Shown piece after piece: positions 1 through 9,649 of a DNA stretch of 64,000 bases. The notes under the pieces were generated by a model. The model made no database searches. It was not told the origin of the DNA and saw nothing but the letters and a program-made list of their open reading frames with translations. A program made the translations under genes and the position numbers. The stretch spans positions 448,001-512,000 of the forward strand of contig CAXXUO010000001.1 in the NCBI GenBank assembly GCA_963666485.2, read 5' to 3'. Position 1 is the stretch's first letter; the number at the start of each line of letters is the position of its first letter. Source of the DNA: Syntrophorhabdaceae bacterium. Lineage in GTDB: Bacteria > Desulfobacterota > Syntrophorhabdia > Syntrophorhabdales > Syntrophorhabdaceae.

Positions 1-2028
1 GAGGCCCAAACCTGAACCCTGTCCAGCTTCTTTGGTTGTGAAGAACGGATCGAAGACTTTCTTGATAATACCTGCAGGTATTCCATGCCCGGAATCACTG
101 ACACAGAGCTCAAGATACTTGCCCGGCCCCATGTCAGGGCAGGGCACTCGTCTTCTTGACGTGAATTCTCTTTCCGACACCTCTATCCTGATCGTCCCAT
201 GGTAATTCCCTATTGCCTGGGCGGCATTGGTTGCCAGATTCATAATGACCTGCTGTACCTGCGCCGGATCGCCTAACATTGGTCCGGAGACAGTCTGAAA
301 ATCAGTTTTCAAGGCTATTGTGCTCGGCAGGGAACCCCTCAGGAACCTGATAGTTTCTTTCACCAGCGGGACGAGATGCATCGGGCCTCTTTGCATTTCG
401 CTTTTCCTGCTGAAGGTCAATATCTGCCTCACAAGATCACGTGACCGGTGGCATGCTTTGATAATGTTCTCAAGGTTTCGCCTGGCGCTGTCGTCCATGA
501 CATCGTCCATGACCAGTTCCGCATTGCCCAAAATGGTTGCAAGCATATTATTGAAATCGTGGGCAATACCGCCGGCGAGTGTGCCGATAGCCTCCATCTT
601 CTGCGCATGGAGGAGTTGCTTTTCGGCCTGAACGCGCTGTTTCATCTCCGACAGGAAACTATTGTATGCCTTTTCTACTTCTTCAGTCCTTTGCTTCACG
701 CGCAATTCCAGCTCGTCCCGCGATCTGCGGAGATCGTCCTCCATCTCCCTGCGCTCCGTAATATCTTGCAGGGTCCCGAAAACACGGAACGGAACCTCCT
801 CGCGGGTCCTGATAACTTCTCCCTTCGAATGCACCCAGCGAACAATCCCATTCGGACGGACAATTCGAAAAGTTACATCATATAAAGATATACCGGCGAT
901 CGCGTCATGCAATGCCTTTTGTACATTCGGCCGGTCTTCGGGATGTATATGATCAAAAAAGAACTGTCCGTCAACATTGCACGTCCCGGGCTCAAAGCCA
1001 AAGATACGGAACATTTCATTGGACCAGATGACCTTTTGTGAAGGCAATTCGCGCTGCCAGTGCCCTATATGTCCCATCTCCTGCGCGCGGGCAAGCATTA
1101 TCTGGCTTTCCCTCATCGCTCCTTCCATCTGTTTGCGCCGGCTTATGTCTTCCGATGTGCCCAGGATATAGAGAAATTTCCCGCTATCATCATAGACGGG
1201 ACGAGCGCTTAAGGATCCCCACACGATGCTTCCGTCCTTACGGCAAAACCGGGCTTCAAAATTATCCAGAAAACCCTGCTTCTTCAGGAGACCAAAAGCC
1301 CGATCCCGATCTTCCGGGTCGCAATAGATCTGTTTACCTATATCATTGACGGAATCCAGGAGGTCATTCAACGAATCATACCCAAGGTTCCGTATCGCGG
1401 CGGGGTTTGCGGTGAGAAATCTTCCCTCGGGACTCGTACGGTAAAGGCCGATCGGAATGATCTCGAAAATATCCCGGTATTCTTTTGTTATTTTTTCCAA
1501 CTCCTCTTCGACCTGCTTGCGTTCCGTAATATCGATCTCTGAGCCGTCCCAGACGAGCATACCGTCAGCCTGATAACGCGGTCTCGAGATGTATTCGAAC
1601 CATCGGACACGGCCGCTCGGCAATCGCAGGGGCACCTCGATATGCAGGATGCTCAGATTCTTCGCTGCTTCTTCCTCGCGTTCCTTCACGAACGCGCGAT
1701 AATCGGGCAGGACCTGCCCATAGATCTCGTTTGCGTCCGCCAATACTCTTTCCGCAGTTGTTTCGTTCAGCCTTTCCACCGCATGTGAAACATACGTAAA
1801 GCGCCTGCCGCCTTTATCATCGGCGATCAACTGGTAGATCATGACATTAGATAGATTATCCGTGATAAAATGAATTCGATCGTCGCTTTCCCTGAGCTTC
1901 TGTTCCATCTCTTTACGGCAGTCCGATTCCATTTCGAAACGGACCTTCATGTCTTCGATGACCGCCTGAAGCTCCCGGATCTTCCCCCGTGCCTCACGTA
2001 ATTTATCAGGGAGAGTATCTCGCGCCAT
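1..2028 (-). CDS. multi-PAS sensor histidine kinase (runs off window start; absent from ORF track)
   Basis: ATG at 2028 after GAGGTG; several PAS/PAC repeats, H-box LAGGIAHDFNNMLA, N-box QVIMNLATNA, in-frame FDPFFTTKEAGQGSGLGL at the window edge. Confidence 0.9.
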   Translation of the reverse strand, partial: MARDTLPDKLREARGKIRELQAVIEDMKVRFEMESDCRKEMEQKLRESDDRIHFITDNLSNVMIYQLIADDKGGRRFTYVSHAVERLNETTAERVLADANEIYGQVLPDYRAFVKEREEEAAKNLSILHIEVPLRLPSGRVRWFEYISRPRYQADGMLVWDGSEIDITERKQVEEELEKITKEYRDIFEIIPIGLYRTSPEGRFLTANPAAIRNLGYDSLNDLLDSVNDIGKQIYCDPEDRDRAFGLLKKQGFLDNFEARFCRKDGSIVWGSLSARPVYDDSGKFLYILGTSEDISRRKQMEGAMRESQIMLARAQEMGHIGHWQRELPSQKVIWSNEMFRIFGFEPGTCNVDGQFFFDHIHPEDRPNVQKALHDAIAGISLYDVTFRIVRPNGIVRWVHSKGEVIRTREEVPFRVFGTLQDITERREMEDDLRRSRDELELRVKQRTEEVEKAYNSFLSEMKQRVQAEKQLLHAQKMEAIGTLAGGIAHDFNNMLATILGNAELVMDDVMDDSARRNLENIIKACHRSRDLVRQILTFSRKSEMQRGPMHLVPLVKETIRFLRGSLPSTIALKTDFQTVSGPMLGDPAQVQQVIMNLATNAAQAIGNYHGTIRIEVSEREFTSRRRVPCPDMGPGKYLELCVSDSGHGIPAGIIKKVFDPFFTTKEAGQGSGLGL

Positions 2029-2207
2029 CACGACACCTCACACTATTTTGGCAATCGATCTATTAAAACAATATCACAAGAATGGAAATTCGGAGCACAA
2101 TTTACACCGTACACAGCAAGCATGCAGTAAAAGCCGGCCCAACCCCAGCCTTCAGCCTCCATTCCACCGCCTGCCAACGCTGAATACCTCCATCAAGGAG
2201 CCACCTT

Positions 2208-2453
2208 AAGAGAGCGCATAATTGAATTCGGCATTTTCCGGCCCCGGATTGGCCCGAAATCGAGAGTACGTCGACGATTTGGCCCGCCCCAGTGAACGAA
2301 GAGAGCGCATAATTGAATTCGGCATTTTCCGGCCCCGGATTGGCCCGAAATCGAGGCGCCAAGGCCGAGCAAACCGGAAGCGTACATTTGTACGCTGAGG
2401 ATTTGCGACGCCGCAGGCAACGAAGAGAGCGGGCCAATCCGGGGCCGGAAAAT
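2208..2453. repeat. 57-bp direct repeat (2208-2264, 2299-2355) plus an element with perfect 24-bp inverted ends (2324-2347 / 2430-2453)
   Basis: AAGAGAGCGCATAATTGAATTCGGCATTTTCCGGCCCCGGATTGGCCCGAAATCGAG occurs twice; ATTTTCCGGCCCCGGATTGGCCCG is exactly reverse-complemented at 2430-2453; internal GCGTACA-TT-TGTACGC hairpin. Confidence 0.9.
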
Positions 2454-2480
2454 AAAACCCCCTGGTTGGGTGCCAGGGGG
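2449..2480 (-). terminator. Rho-independent terminator
   Basis: minus strand CCCCCTGG-cacccaa-CCAGGGGG followed by TTTTATTTT. Confidence 0.8.
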
Positions 2481-2655
2481 AAGGGGGGTTATTATGAGAA
2501 GCTTGTGGAGGTGAATTTCGAAGTTATTATGTGAAATATTGCACGTTGTTCTAAATTTACTTTCGTGCGTTCATCATAATGAACAAATACGGCATAACAA
2601 TGTTCCCAACTTCAAAGGCCATAGTGTCATTATGTGAATTATTTCCCATATCTTG
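2449..2655 (-). ncRNA. candidate small RNA (or 30-aa small-protein mRNA)
   Basis: AT-rich segment between a sigma70-like promoter and an intrinsic terminator; three CAUAAU(A/G)AC motifs and a CACCUCC anti-SD motif. Confidence 0.4.
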
Positions 2656-2660
2656 ATGGT

Positions 2661-2689
2661 ATATTAATGCATGGGTACCTTTTTGTCAA
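2661..2689 (-). promoter_or_regulatory. sigma70-like promoter
   Basis: TTGACA (2689-2684), 17-bp spacer, TAATAT (2666-2661). Confidence 0.55.
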
Positions 2690-2720
2690 CTAATTTTTTT
2701 TATCACATAGAAACGGATAC

Positions 2721-3833
2721 TTACGAGATCATCAGAGGCAGTTTATCCGCAAAAAGATACCCCTTCAGGGTGGGTATTATCCGTTCGCCCTCGATCCTGA
2801 AGAATCCGGAATCACAAAGTGCGGTGATGCGCTCTCGGGAAGGCGGCGGAACGATATCCCGAACATGTATCCCCCACATGGTCCGGGAACCGAAGAGAAT
2901 TTTTTCGAGGTTCATCTGGCTGTACGATAAGTCCTCCGAACCCCCGACCGGGGTACGGCCTGCGTGCACAAATTCGAGATACGTGCCCACGTCCCGGACG
3001 TTCCACCATCTTGTATTATCTCCAAATGAATGGGCGGACGGCCCGAGCCCGAGGTACGGGGTGTGCTGCCAGTATTTTACGTTATGGCGTGCGACCTTTT
3101 CACTTCCCCGCGCAAAATTGGACACCTCGTAATGGACAAATCCCGAGCCGGTGAGATATTCCGATGTGCCGACAAAAAAGTCCGCCCCGAGCGCATCGTC
3201 CGGCATCGGGAACCTTCCCTCTTTGGCCAAACGCGCGAACGCGGTCTGTCCCTCGACGGTAAGCTGATAACATGAAAGATGGTCCGGCTGAAACGATAGA
3301 GCCCTTTCCACCGTCTTCAGCCAGGCCTCGATCGATTGACCGGGCAGCCCGTACATGAGGTCGATTCCAAATTCAAGGAAGCCGGCCCCGGCGACCGCTT
3401 CCGCGGCGGTGAGCGCCTGCCTCGCCGTGTGGCGCCTGCAAAGGAACCGGACCTCATCGTCCGCGAATGACTGTACTCCAAGGCTTATCCTGTTCACGCC
3501 GAGAGATCTGTAAAGCCGCAGCCTTTCCGGGGTGACGTCGTCAGGGTTCATCTCCACCGTCACTTCTGTTTCGGGTAGGAAATGGAATATGCTGTTCAGG
3601 CCCGTGATGAGTTCCGTTATCTGCCTGTCGCCGAGCAGCGATGGTGTTCCCCCGCCGATGTACAGGGAATCGAACCCGTCGGGCCCGGGATACATCCGGG
3701 CCTCCCGAAGGAGGGCCTCGCACCACCCGTCGATAAGGGATGTGTCCGTTATGGAATAAAAATCACAATAAGGGCACTTCGTTTTGCAGAAGGGCACGTG
3801 GACGTAGAGACCGGGGAGGTCCGTTCTATTCAT
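2721..3833 (-). CDS. hemW: radical SAM heme chaperone HemW (HemN-like)
   Basis: [17 protein letters not shown] (CxxxCxxC), GGGTPS, YEVSNF, HNVKYW motif; directly after lepA; start moved to ATG 3833 overlapping the lepA end. Confidence 0.88.
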   Translation of the reverse strand: MNRTDLPGLYVHVPFCKTKCPYCDFYSITDTSLIDGWCEALLREARMYPGPDGFDSLYIGGGTPSLLGDRQITELITGLNSIFHFLPETEVTVEMNPDDVTPERLRLYRSLGVNRISLGVQSFADDEVRFLCRRHTARQALTAAEAVAGAGFLEFGIDLMYGLPGQSIEAWLKTVERALSFQPDHLSCYQLTVEGQTAFARLAKEGRFPMPDDALGADFFVGTSEYLTGSGFVHYEVSNFARGSEKVARHNVKYWQHTPYLGLGPSAHSFGDNTRWWNVRDVGTYLEFVHAGRTPVGGSEDLSYSQMNLEKILFGSRTMWGIHVRDIVPPPSRERITALCDSGFFRIEGERIIPTLKGYLFADKLPLMIS

Positions 3834-5622
3834 CGTCTGTCTTGAGGGCTGCGAGGAATGCGCTTTGCGGTATCTCGACATTACCCACGATGCGCATGCG
3901 TTTCTTTCCTTTTTTCTGTTTTTCGAGGAGCTTCCTTTTGCGGGTAATGTCGCCGCCGTAGCACTTCGCCGTGACATCCTTCCGGTACGCCGAGACCGTC
4001 GAACGGGAAATGATCTTGCCCCCGATAGCACCCTGTATCGCTATCTTGAACTGCTGCCGCGGGATCTCGTCTTTGAGCTTCTCGCATACCTTCACGGCAC
4101 GGTCGCGCGCATTGTCCTTATGCACGAGGATCGACAGGGCGTCGACCTTTTCACCATTCACGAGTATGTCGAGCTTCACGAGGTTGCTCTCGCGGTAATC
4201 CGTTATCTCGTAATCGAATGAACCGTATCCCTGCGTGATGCTCTTGAGTTTGTCATAGAAGTCAAAGATGACCTCCGCGAGCGGCAGATCGAATGTCACC
4301 TCCACCCGGCCGGGTGTGGGATAGCTCAAATGGGAGTTTACGCCGCGCCTCTCCATGCAGAGCTTCATCACCGCACCGACATATCTTTCCGGTATCAGGA
4401 TGCTTGCCCTGATGTAGGGCTCCTCCGAACTTTTTATCTGGCCGGGATCGGGGTAGTACAGCGGGTTGTCGACGTCGAGCCGGGTCCCGTCATCCAGAAA
4501 AAACCGGTACTGCACGCTCGGCGCGGTCATGATGATGGACTGGTCGAACTCGCGCTCGAGCCGCTCCTGTACGATCTCGAGGTGAAGAAGGCCGAGATAG
4601 CCGCAGCGGAAGCCCTGCCCGAGTGCGGCGGATGAATCCTTCTGGTATACGAGTGAGGCGTCGTTGAGCTTATATTTCTCGAGCGCCTCGAGAAGCGATT
4701 GGTAATCGTCGGAAGCGATCGGGTAGATCGATGAAAAAACGACCGGCTTGACATCCTTGAACCCGGGAAGAGGCTCCGGGGCGGGGTTGGCGTCGAGGGT
4801 AATCGTGTCCCCTATCCGTGTGTCGCTCACCGTTTTTATTCCTGCAATAATATAGCCGACCTCTCCCGCGGACAGGTCTTTTTGCGGTTCCCGGTTGAGG
4901 CGGAACACCCCGACCTCTTCAACGCGGTAGGTCGTGCCCTGCGACATCAAGCGTATGATGTCCCCCTGTTTTACCGTGCCGTCAAATACCCGGCAGCTGA
5001 CGATGGTGCCCCTGAATGAGTCGTAATGGGCATCAAATGTCAGGGCCGTCAGCGGTTTGTCGGGGTCGCCCGTGGGCGGTGGTATCCTCTCCACGATGGC
5101 CTTGAGGATGTCCTCGATACCGGTGCCTTCCTTGGCCGAGCAGAGGATGGCCGTTTCGGGGTCGAGGCCAAGCTCGGCATCTATCTCGTTCTTCACCCGT
5201 TCCACGTCAGCGACCGGCAGGTCGATCTTGTTTATCACGGGGATAATGACAAGGTTGTGCTCGAGCGCCGCATAGAGGTTCCCGAGTGTCTGCGCCTCGA
5301 CGCCCTGCGCCGCATCGATGAGCAGGAGCACCCCCTCGCACGATGCGAGGGCCCGTGACACCTCGTAGGAAAAATCCACGTGGCCCGGCGTATCGATGAG
5401 GTTCAGCTCATATTCCTGCCCGTTCTCATCGACATACGGCAAGTCGACGGTCTGGCTCTTGATCGTGATGCCGCGCTCGCGCTCGATATCCATCGTGTCC
5501 AGTATCTGGTCTCGGAACTGCCGGTCCTCGACCAGGTGTGTGTACTGGATAAGGCGGTCGGCAAGCGTTGATTTGCCATGATCTATATGGGCTATGATGC
5601 TGAAGTTCCGTATATGCTTCAT
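3826..5622 (-). CDS. lepA: elongation factor 4
   Basis: [61 protein letters not shown]. Confidence 0.98.
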   Translation of the reverse strand: MKHIRNFSIIAHIDHGKSTLADRLIQYTHLVEDRQFRDQILDTMDIERERGITIKSQTVDLPYVDENGQEYELNLIDTPGHVDFSYEVSRALASCEGVLLLIDAAQGVEAQTLGNLYAALEHNLVIIPVINKIDLPVADVERVKNEIDAELGLDPETAILCSAKEGTGIEDILKAIVERIPPPTGDPDKPLTALTFDAHYDSFRGTIVSCRVFDGTVKQGDIIRLMSQGTTYRVEEVGVFRLNREPQKDLSAGEVGYIIAGIKTVSDTRIGDTITLDANPAPEPLPGFKDVKPVVFSSIYPIASDDYQSLLEALEKYKLNDASLVYQKDSSAALGQGFRCGYLGLLHLEIVQERLEREFDQSIIMTAPSVQYRFFLDDGTRLDVDNPLYYPDPGQIKSSEEPYIRASILIPERYVGAVMKLCMERRGVNSHLSYPTPGRVEVTFDLPLAEVIFDFYDKLKSITQGYGSFDYEITDYRESNLVKLDILVNGEKVDALSILVHKDNARDRAVKVCEKLKDEIPRQQFKIAIQGAIGGKIISRSTVSAYRKDVTAKCYGGDITRKRKLLEKQKKGKKRMRIVGNVEIPQSAFLAALKTDDE

Positions 5623-5650
5623 TTGACTGGGGCTTGCGCCGCCCCTTCCC

Positions 5651-5995
5651 TTACCTTTTCACTATTTCGACATCGACTTCGCCCCCGAAAACGTCGGCGA
5701 GTTCCCTGTTAAGACTGATCATATCGTCTTCTTTCTCTGCTTCAATCACAAGTTCCCGGTCATCCAGGACCTTCAGTTTCCCGTACTTCTTCACGACATC
5801 TATCACTTTCTTCGGATCGGTCGTGACCCACCCTTTCATTCTTTTGACCAGTTCTTCCCCGTTAAAGGACCTTTCGATAGTGAGGTCGACCCTGCGCTTC
5901 TTTGCCTCCCAACCAACCAATGCCGGCTGGGCAACCATGGGCGTCACCGGATCATGCATGGCCGCGCACCTGAACCACAATTTTGCCCTGACCAT
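5651..5995 (-). CDS. hypothetical protein
   Basis: GAGGAGGG RBS before ATG, plausible composition, same strand 28 bp upstream of lepA. Confidence 0.75.
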   Translation of the reverse strand: MVRAKLWFRCAAMHDPVTPMVAQPALVGWEAKKRRVDLTIERSFNGEELVKRMKGWVTTDPKKVIDVVKKYGKLKVLDDRELVIEAEKEDDMISLNRELADVFGGEVDVEIVKR

Positions 5996-6068
5996 AACGC
6001 ACCCTCCTCGATAAGCATTGAGAAAAACAACATTAAATTAATGGTTTATAAGGGGAAAGTCAATGAAG

Positions 6069-6260
6069 AACGGCGTACGGCTGACGGCGTAAGGCGTACG
6101 GTGAAACGGGAAAAGCAAAAGGCAAAGAAAAGACGAAAGGCGAGGAAGAAAGTCCCGCTTATTCCAAAGGAACATTAGCGGGTTTGGGTACTTCCCGAAC
6201 ATAGCATAAAACCTGAGGCGGTTTTTTCCGTACGCCGTACGCCGTCAGCCGTACGCCGTT
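6069..6260. repeat. inverted pair of heptamer arrays (ACGGCGT/ACGGCTG family) with AAAAGGC-type units
   Basis: AACGGCGTACGGCTGACGGCGTAAGGCGTACGG near 6069-6101 is mirrored by CCGTACGCCGTACGCCGTCAGCCGTACGCCGTT at 6228-6260. Confidence 0.85.
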
Positions 6261-6487
6261 TAATTTTTCGCTCTCCAGCCCTTTTTCTCGAGACAAATCC
6301 TTGTCCCGTCGTTGACGGCTGCTCAGGTGTCGGGGAGGCCGCGGACTGCGAGGTCCTTTCTCACCTGGGCCTCGCAGGCGGTCCTGTCTTTTTCGAAATC
6401 ATCCCCGGTCTTGCCGGGCTTGGTGTATACGGTCGCGCAACCTGCGAGAAGCATGGCGGCCGCAAATAATAGCAGGGTCCTTTTCAT
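6260..6487 (-). CDS. small lipoprotein with in-frame UGA at codon 55, candidate selenoprotein (75 aa)
   Basis: MKRTLLLFAAAMLLAGC lipobox; ATVYTKPGKTGDDFEKDRTAC...GLPDT-UGA(6325-6323)-AAVNDGTRICLEKKGWRAKN-TAA; SECIS-like hairpin follows the UGA. Confidence 0.75.
6276..6322 (-). promoter_or_regulatory. candidate bacterial SECIS element
   Basis: CGGGACAA-GGAU-UUGUCUCG stem-loop with the loop starting 22 nt after UGA; CAGCC/GGCUG lower stem is possible. Confidence 0.65.
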
Positions 6488-6541
6488 GAAATACTTAACT
6501 CCGGATAGGTATTCATTACAGTGCCCTTAACGGGCAGGCAA

Positions 6542-7429
6542 TCACTTGAAATCAACGGTAACGGGGTTGTTGAATTCCAGCTTCAGGCCCTCTATTCCCT
6601 TTACCATTGATTTGATCTCTTCAACCGATTGAGGCTGCGCCTCGTTTATTTTTTTCAGAAGCGCTGCATCGCCGACCAGTTTCCCGAAATCCATGTCGAT
6701 AAGCGTTATCTTCTTGTCCGTACGATATGTCGCGTTCGTGCTCACTATGTCGCCCATCATGTTGAGGACGATGCTGACCTTCATGTCCTTGAACATCGAT
6801 TTCATCATCTCGACCGCATTCGGGTCTTCGGCTTCGTCTTTTTTCTTGGCCTCGTCCTTCTTATCTTTCTTGTCTTCCGTTTTCGGCGGCGGCATCGTTA
6901 CCGAAAGCCGTGAAACCGGGCCTTTCTTGAATGCAAACTTTATGTTGTCATCCGCCGCCGCGCTGGCGTCATCTTTCTTTGAATCGCCCGGCGTCTTCTT
7001 GCCCGGGTTCTGATTGAGGGTCACCTTGCTTATGTCATTGAAACTGTAGATGGCCGTATATCCCGAGGCCGTTTTGGTCTTTGCCGGTTTTGCCGAGACG
7101 AACTTCACGCCTTCGCCGTAGTCCTTCGCATTGGTCTTCGCTTTCTCCATCATTTCGTCTATGAAAGAATCGTCCCCCTGCGGTTTTGCGCTTTCGGCCT
7201 TCCCCTTGTCTTCTCCCGCCGCCTCGTTCAAACCCTTTGTCAGGCCCTGCATCATCTCTATAAAGGAATTTCCCATGAGCACCGTCTCTTCAATCGTGCC
7301 GCTGCCGTCGGGCTTGATGTTCAATACCATGTTGTCCTGTATGCACCCGGAGAGAAGAAATATCGCGGCGCAAACGGCACTTAATTTCAGGGTCATCCAA
7401 AAACGGTGCGGCTTTTTCGCTGCGGTCAT
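6542..7429 (-). CDS. lipoprotein of unknown function (LppM/DUF3153-like N-terminus)
   Basis: GGAGGA RBS before ATG 7429; lipobox LLSGC followed by ..LNIKPDGSGTIEET. Confidence 0.8.
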   Translation of the reverse strand: MTAAKKPHRFWMTLKLSAVCAAIFLLSGCIQDNMVLNIKPDGSGTIEETVLMGNSFIEMMQGLTKGLNEAAGEDKGKAESAKPQGDDSFIDEMMEKAKTNAKDYGEGVKFVSAKPAKTKTASGYTAIYSFNDISKVTLNQNPGKKTPGDSKKDDASAAADDNIKFAFKKGPVSRLSVTMPPPKTEDKKDKKDEAKKKDEAEDPNAVEMMKSMFKDMKVSIVLNMMGDIVSTNATYRTDKKITLIDMDFGKLVGDAALLKKINEAQPQSVEEIKSMVKGIEGLKLEFNNPVTVDFK

Positions 7430-7508
7430 GGGGCATCCTCCTGAAAGGGCTTTCAATCTTGAAAAACTACCACATGCTATCAATGCGGACAGGGCGAGTC
7501 AAGACAAT

Positions 7509-8534
7509 TCACGGGGACGTGATGCCCTGCATATCGGGGATATCACCGGGCGTGCGCTTTCTGTATCTCGGGTATGTCCGGCCAAGCTCGTCGATGACCT
7601 CGATGAGCCCCTCCTTCGTGCCCGTCCGGAAAGCCCTGTTCCGCAAGGGCCGCAGCCCCCCGAGACCGCGCGTATACCAGATGAAGAACTTGTGAAAGAG
7701 ACCGACCCCCCGTTTTTCACCCCAGTGCTCAACGGCCATATCCAGGTGGCGTTTCATGACAGCGATGCGCTCGGATACGTCGGGCCTCGGGATGATCGTC
7801 CCGTCCGTCATGTAGCGTATCGTCTCGGTGAATATCCACGGGTTGCCGAGCGCCCCGCGGGCGATGGCGACGCCGTCGCAGCCCGTTTCGCTGAACATCC
7901 TGCCGATCTTCTCCCGCGAGAGATTATCCCCGGAGGCTATAACCGGTATCCTGAGCGCCTGCTTTACAGCCCTGATGACCTCGTAATCCACCATGCCGCT
8001 GTATCCCTGCACTTTTGTCCTGCCGTGAATGAAAAGGCAGGCTATGCCCGCATCCTCGGCACGCAGGGCCACATCCCGGGCGTTCACCGAATCGGCATCC
8101 CACCCCGCCCTTATCTTGACGGCGACAGGAACGGGGCTTTGCCGGACAAGGGCCGAGAGGATCCCGGCGAGCCTCTTCGGCTCCTTCATGAGGGCCGCGC
8201 CCTTCCCTTTGCGCGTGACCTTCGGCGACGGGCATGCGGCGTTGAAATCCACGAGGTCGACGGCCCGCCCGTCAAGTCGCTCTATGGCGAGCGGTACCTG
8301 CGATTCGCTGCTCCCGAGGAACTGCACCCCGAGCGGTGAGTCTTCCGGTGACGATGAGAGCATGTGCGTCGTCCGCTTGTCTCTTTGCGATATCGCATTG
8401 ATGTCGATCATTTCCGTAAAAGCCAGCGGCGCGCCGAACGAGCGGCTGATAAGCCTGAACGGCAGATCGCTCACCCCGGCCATGGGGGAAAGCATGACGG
8501 GAACGGGAAGCGAGATAGCGCCGATCTTGAGCAT
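7509..8534 (-). CDS. dusB: tRNA-dihydrouridine synthase DusB
   Basis: LSPMAGVSDLPFR, FTEMI, DFNAACPSPKV..KGKGAALM, VKIRAGW, IHGRT, ASGD, IARGALGNPWIF. Confidence 0.92.
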   Translation of the reverse strand: MLKIGAISLPVPVMLSPMAGVSDLPFRLISRSFGAPLAFTEMIDINAISQRDKRTTHMLSSSPEDSPLGVQFLGSSESQVPLAIERLDGRAVDLVDFNAACPSPKVTRKGKGAALMKEPKRLAGILSALVRQSPVPVAVKIRAGWDADSVNARDVALRAEDAGIACLFIHGRTKVQGYSGMVDYEVIRAVKQALRIPVIASGDNLSREKIGRMFSETGCDGVAIARGALGNPWIFTETIRYMTDGTIIPRPDVSERIAVMKRHLDMAVEHWGEKRGVGLFHKFFIWYTRGLGGLRPLRNRAFRTGTKEGLIEVIDELGRTYPRYRKRTPGDIPDMQGITSP

Positions 8535-8550
8535 GTCTATTGTAACCACA

Positions 8551-8665
8551 GGCGAGGGGCAATAGGCAATAGGCGATGGGAGAAAATTCTTTTGATCATC
8601 TATTACCCATCACCTATTACCTATTACCCGATAACCCATTGCCCATCGCCTATCGCCCCTCGCCT
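8551..8665. repeat. inverted pair of degenerate heptamer arrays (ATAGGCA / TCGCCTA, TTACCTA)
   Basis: GGCGAGGGGCAATAGGCAATAGGCGATGGG mirrored by ..ACCTATTACCTATTACCCGATAACCCATTGCCCATCGCCTATCGCCCCTCGCC. Confidence 0.75.
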
Positions 8666-8728
8666 GTCTTATTTAAAATCATTGATAATTCGCCGTTTCC
8701 TGTGTTATAAAAACGAGGATTTTTTGAC

Positions 8729-9601
8729 ATGTACTTTCAGGACCTCATACTTGCACTGCAAAAATTCTGGGCTGAACGGGGATGCATCGTCCAGCAGCCC
8801 TATGATATGGAAGTCGGGGCAGGCACTTTTCATCCCGCCACTCTGCTTCGGTGCCTCGGTCCCGAACCATGGAACACGGCCTATGTCCAGCCGTCGCGCA
8901 GGCCTGCCGACGGACGCTACGGTGAGAACCCCAACCGTCTCCAGCACTATTACCAGTTCCAGGTCATCATGAAGCCCTCGCCGAAGGATATCCAGAACAT
9001 CTACATCGAAAGCCTGAAGAGCTTCGGTATCGATACCGGGTACCACGACATACGCTTTGTCGAGGACGACTGGGAATCACCGACGCTGGGCGCCTGGGGG
9101 CTCGGCTGGGAGGTGTGGCTCGACGGCATGGAGATCACCCAGTTCACCTATTTCCAGCAGGCGGGAGGGATCAACCTTTCCCCCGTATGCGTGGAGATCA
9201 CGTACGGCATCGAGCGCATCGCGATGTACCTGCAGGACGTCGACAACGTGTACCACGTGAAGTGGAATAAAGATATCCTCTACGGCGACGTCTTCCTCGA
9301 ACCGGAGAAGGAATTTTCCATATACAATTTTGAAGAATCCGACCCCGTCATGCTGAGAAACCTTTTCGACACATTCGAGCGTGAAGGGGAGAAACTTATC
9401 AAGACGCGGGGGCTCATCTACCCGGCTTACGACTTCTGTCTGAAATGCTCGCATGTCTTCAACCTTCTCGATGCCCGCGGTGCGATCAGCGTCACCGAGC
9501 GCGCCAATTACATTGCGCGGGTCAGGAATCTCGCGAAGATGTGCGCGGAACTTTACGTCCAGAAGCGTGAAGAACTCGGCTTCCCCCTGCTCAAGCAATA
9601 A
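8729..9601 (+). CDS. glyQ: glycine-tRNA ligase alpha subunit
   Basis: [54 protein letters not shown]. Confidence 0.98.
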   Translation: MYFQDLILALQKFWAERGCIVQQPYDMEVGAGTFHPATLLRCLGPEPWNTAYVQPSRRPADGRYGENPNRLQHYYQFQVIMKPSPKDIQNIYIESLKSFGIDTGYHDIRFVEDDWESPTLGAWGLGWEVWLDGMEITQFTYFQQAGGINLSPVCVEITYGIERIAMYLQDVDNVYHVKWNKDILYGDVFLEPEKEFSIYNFEESDPVMLRNLFDTFEREGEKLIKTRGLIYPAYDFCLKCSHVFNLLDARGAISVTERANYIARVRNLAKMCAELYVQKREELGFPLLKQ

Positions 9602-9649
9602 TACGGCTCCGTATCGGAGTGGCTTCAATACGTTGCGAAGGAAAGGAAC

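Noticed and set aside
2208..2355. 57-bp direct repeat with a 34-bp gap as a mini CRISPR array
   Set aside because: Only two long units, the gap resembles the neighbouring element's interior, and there are no cas genes in the window.
2721..3833. HemN coproporphyrinogen dehydrogenase or a menaquinone methyltransferase
   Set aside because: Length (~370 aa), HNxxYW motif and lepA linkage fit HemW better.
7131..8339. Long antisense or alternate-frame ORFs (e.g. 7131-8339, 12917-13852, 46807-47757, 57502-58803)
   Set aside because: Shadows of well-supported genes in GC-rich DNA with no recognisable motifs.
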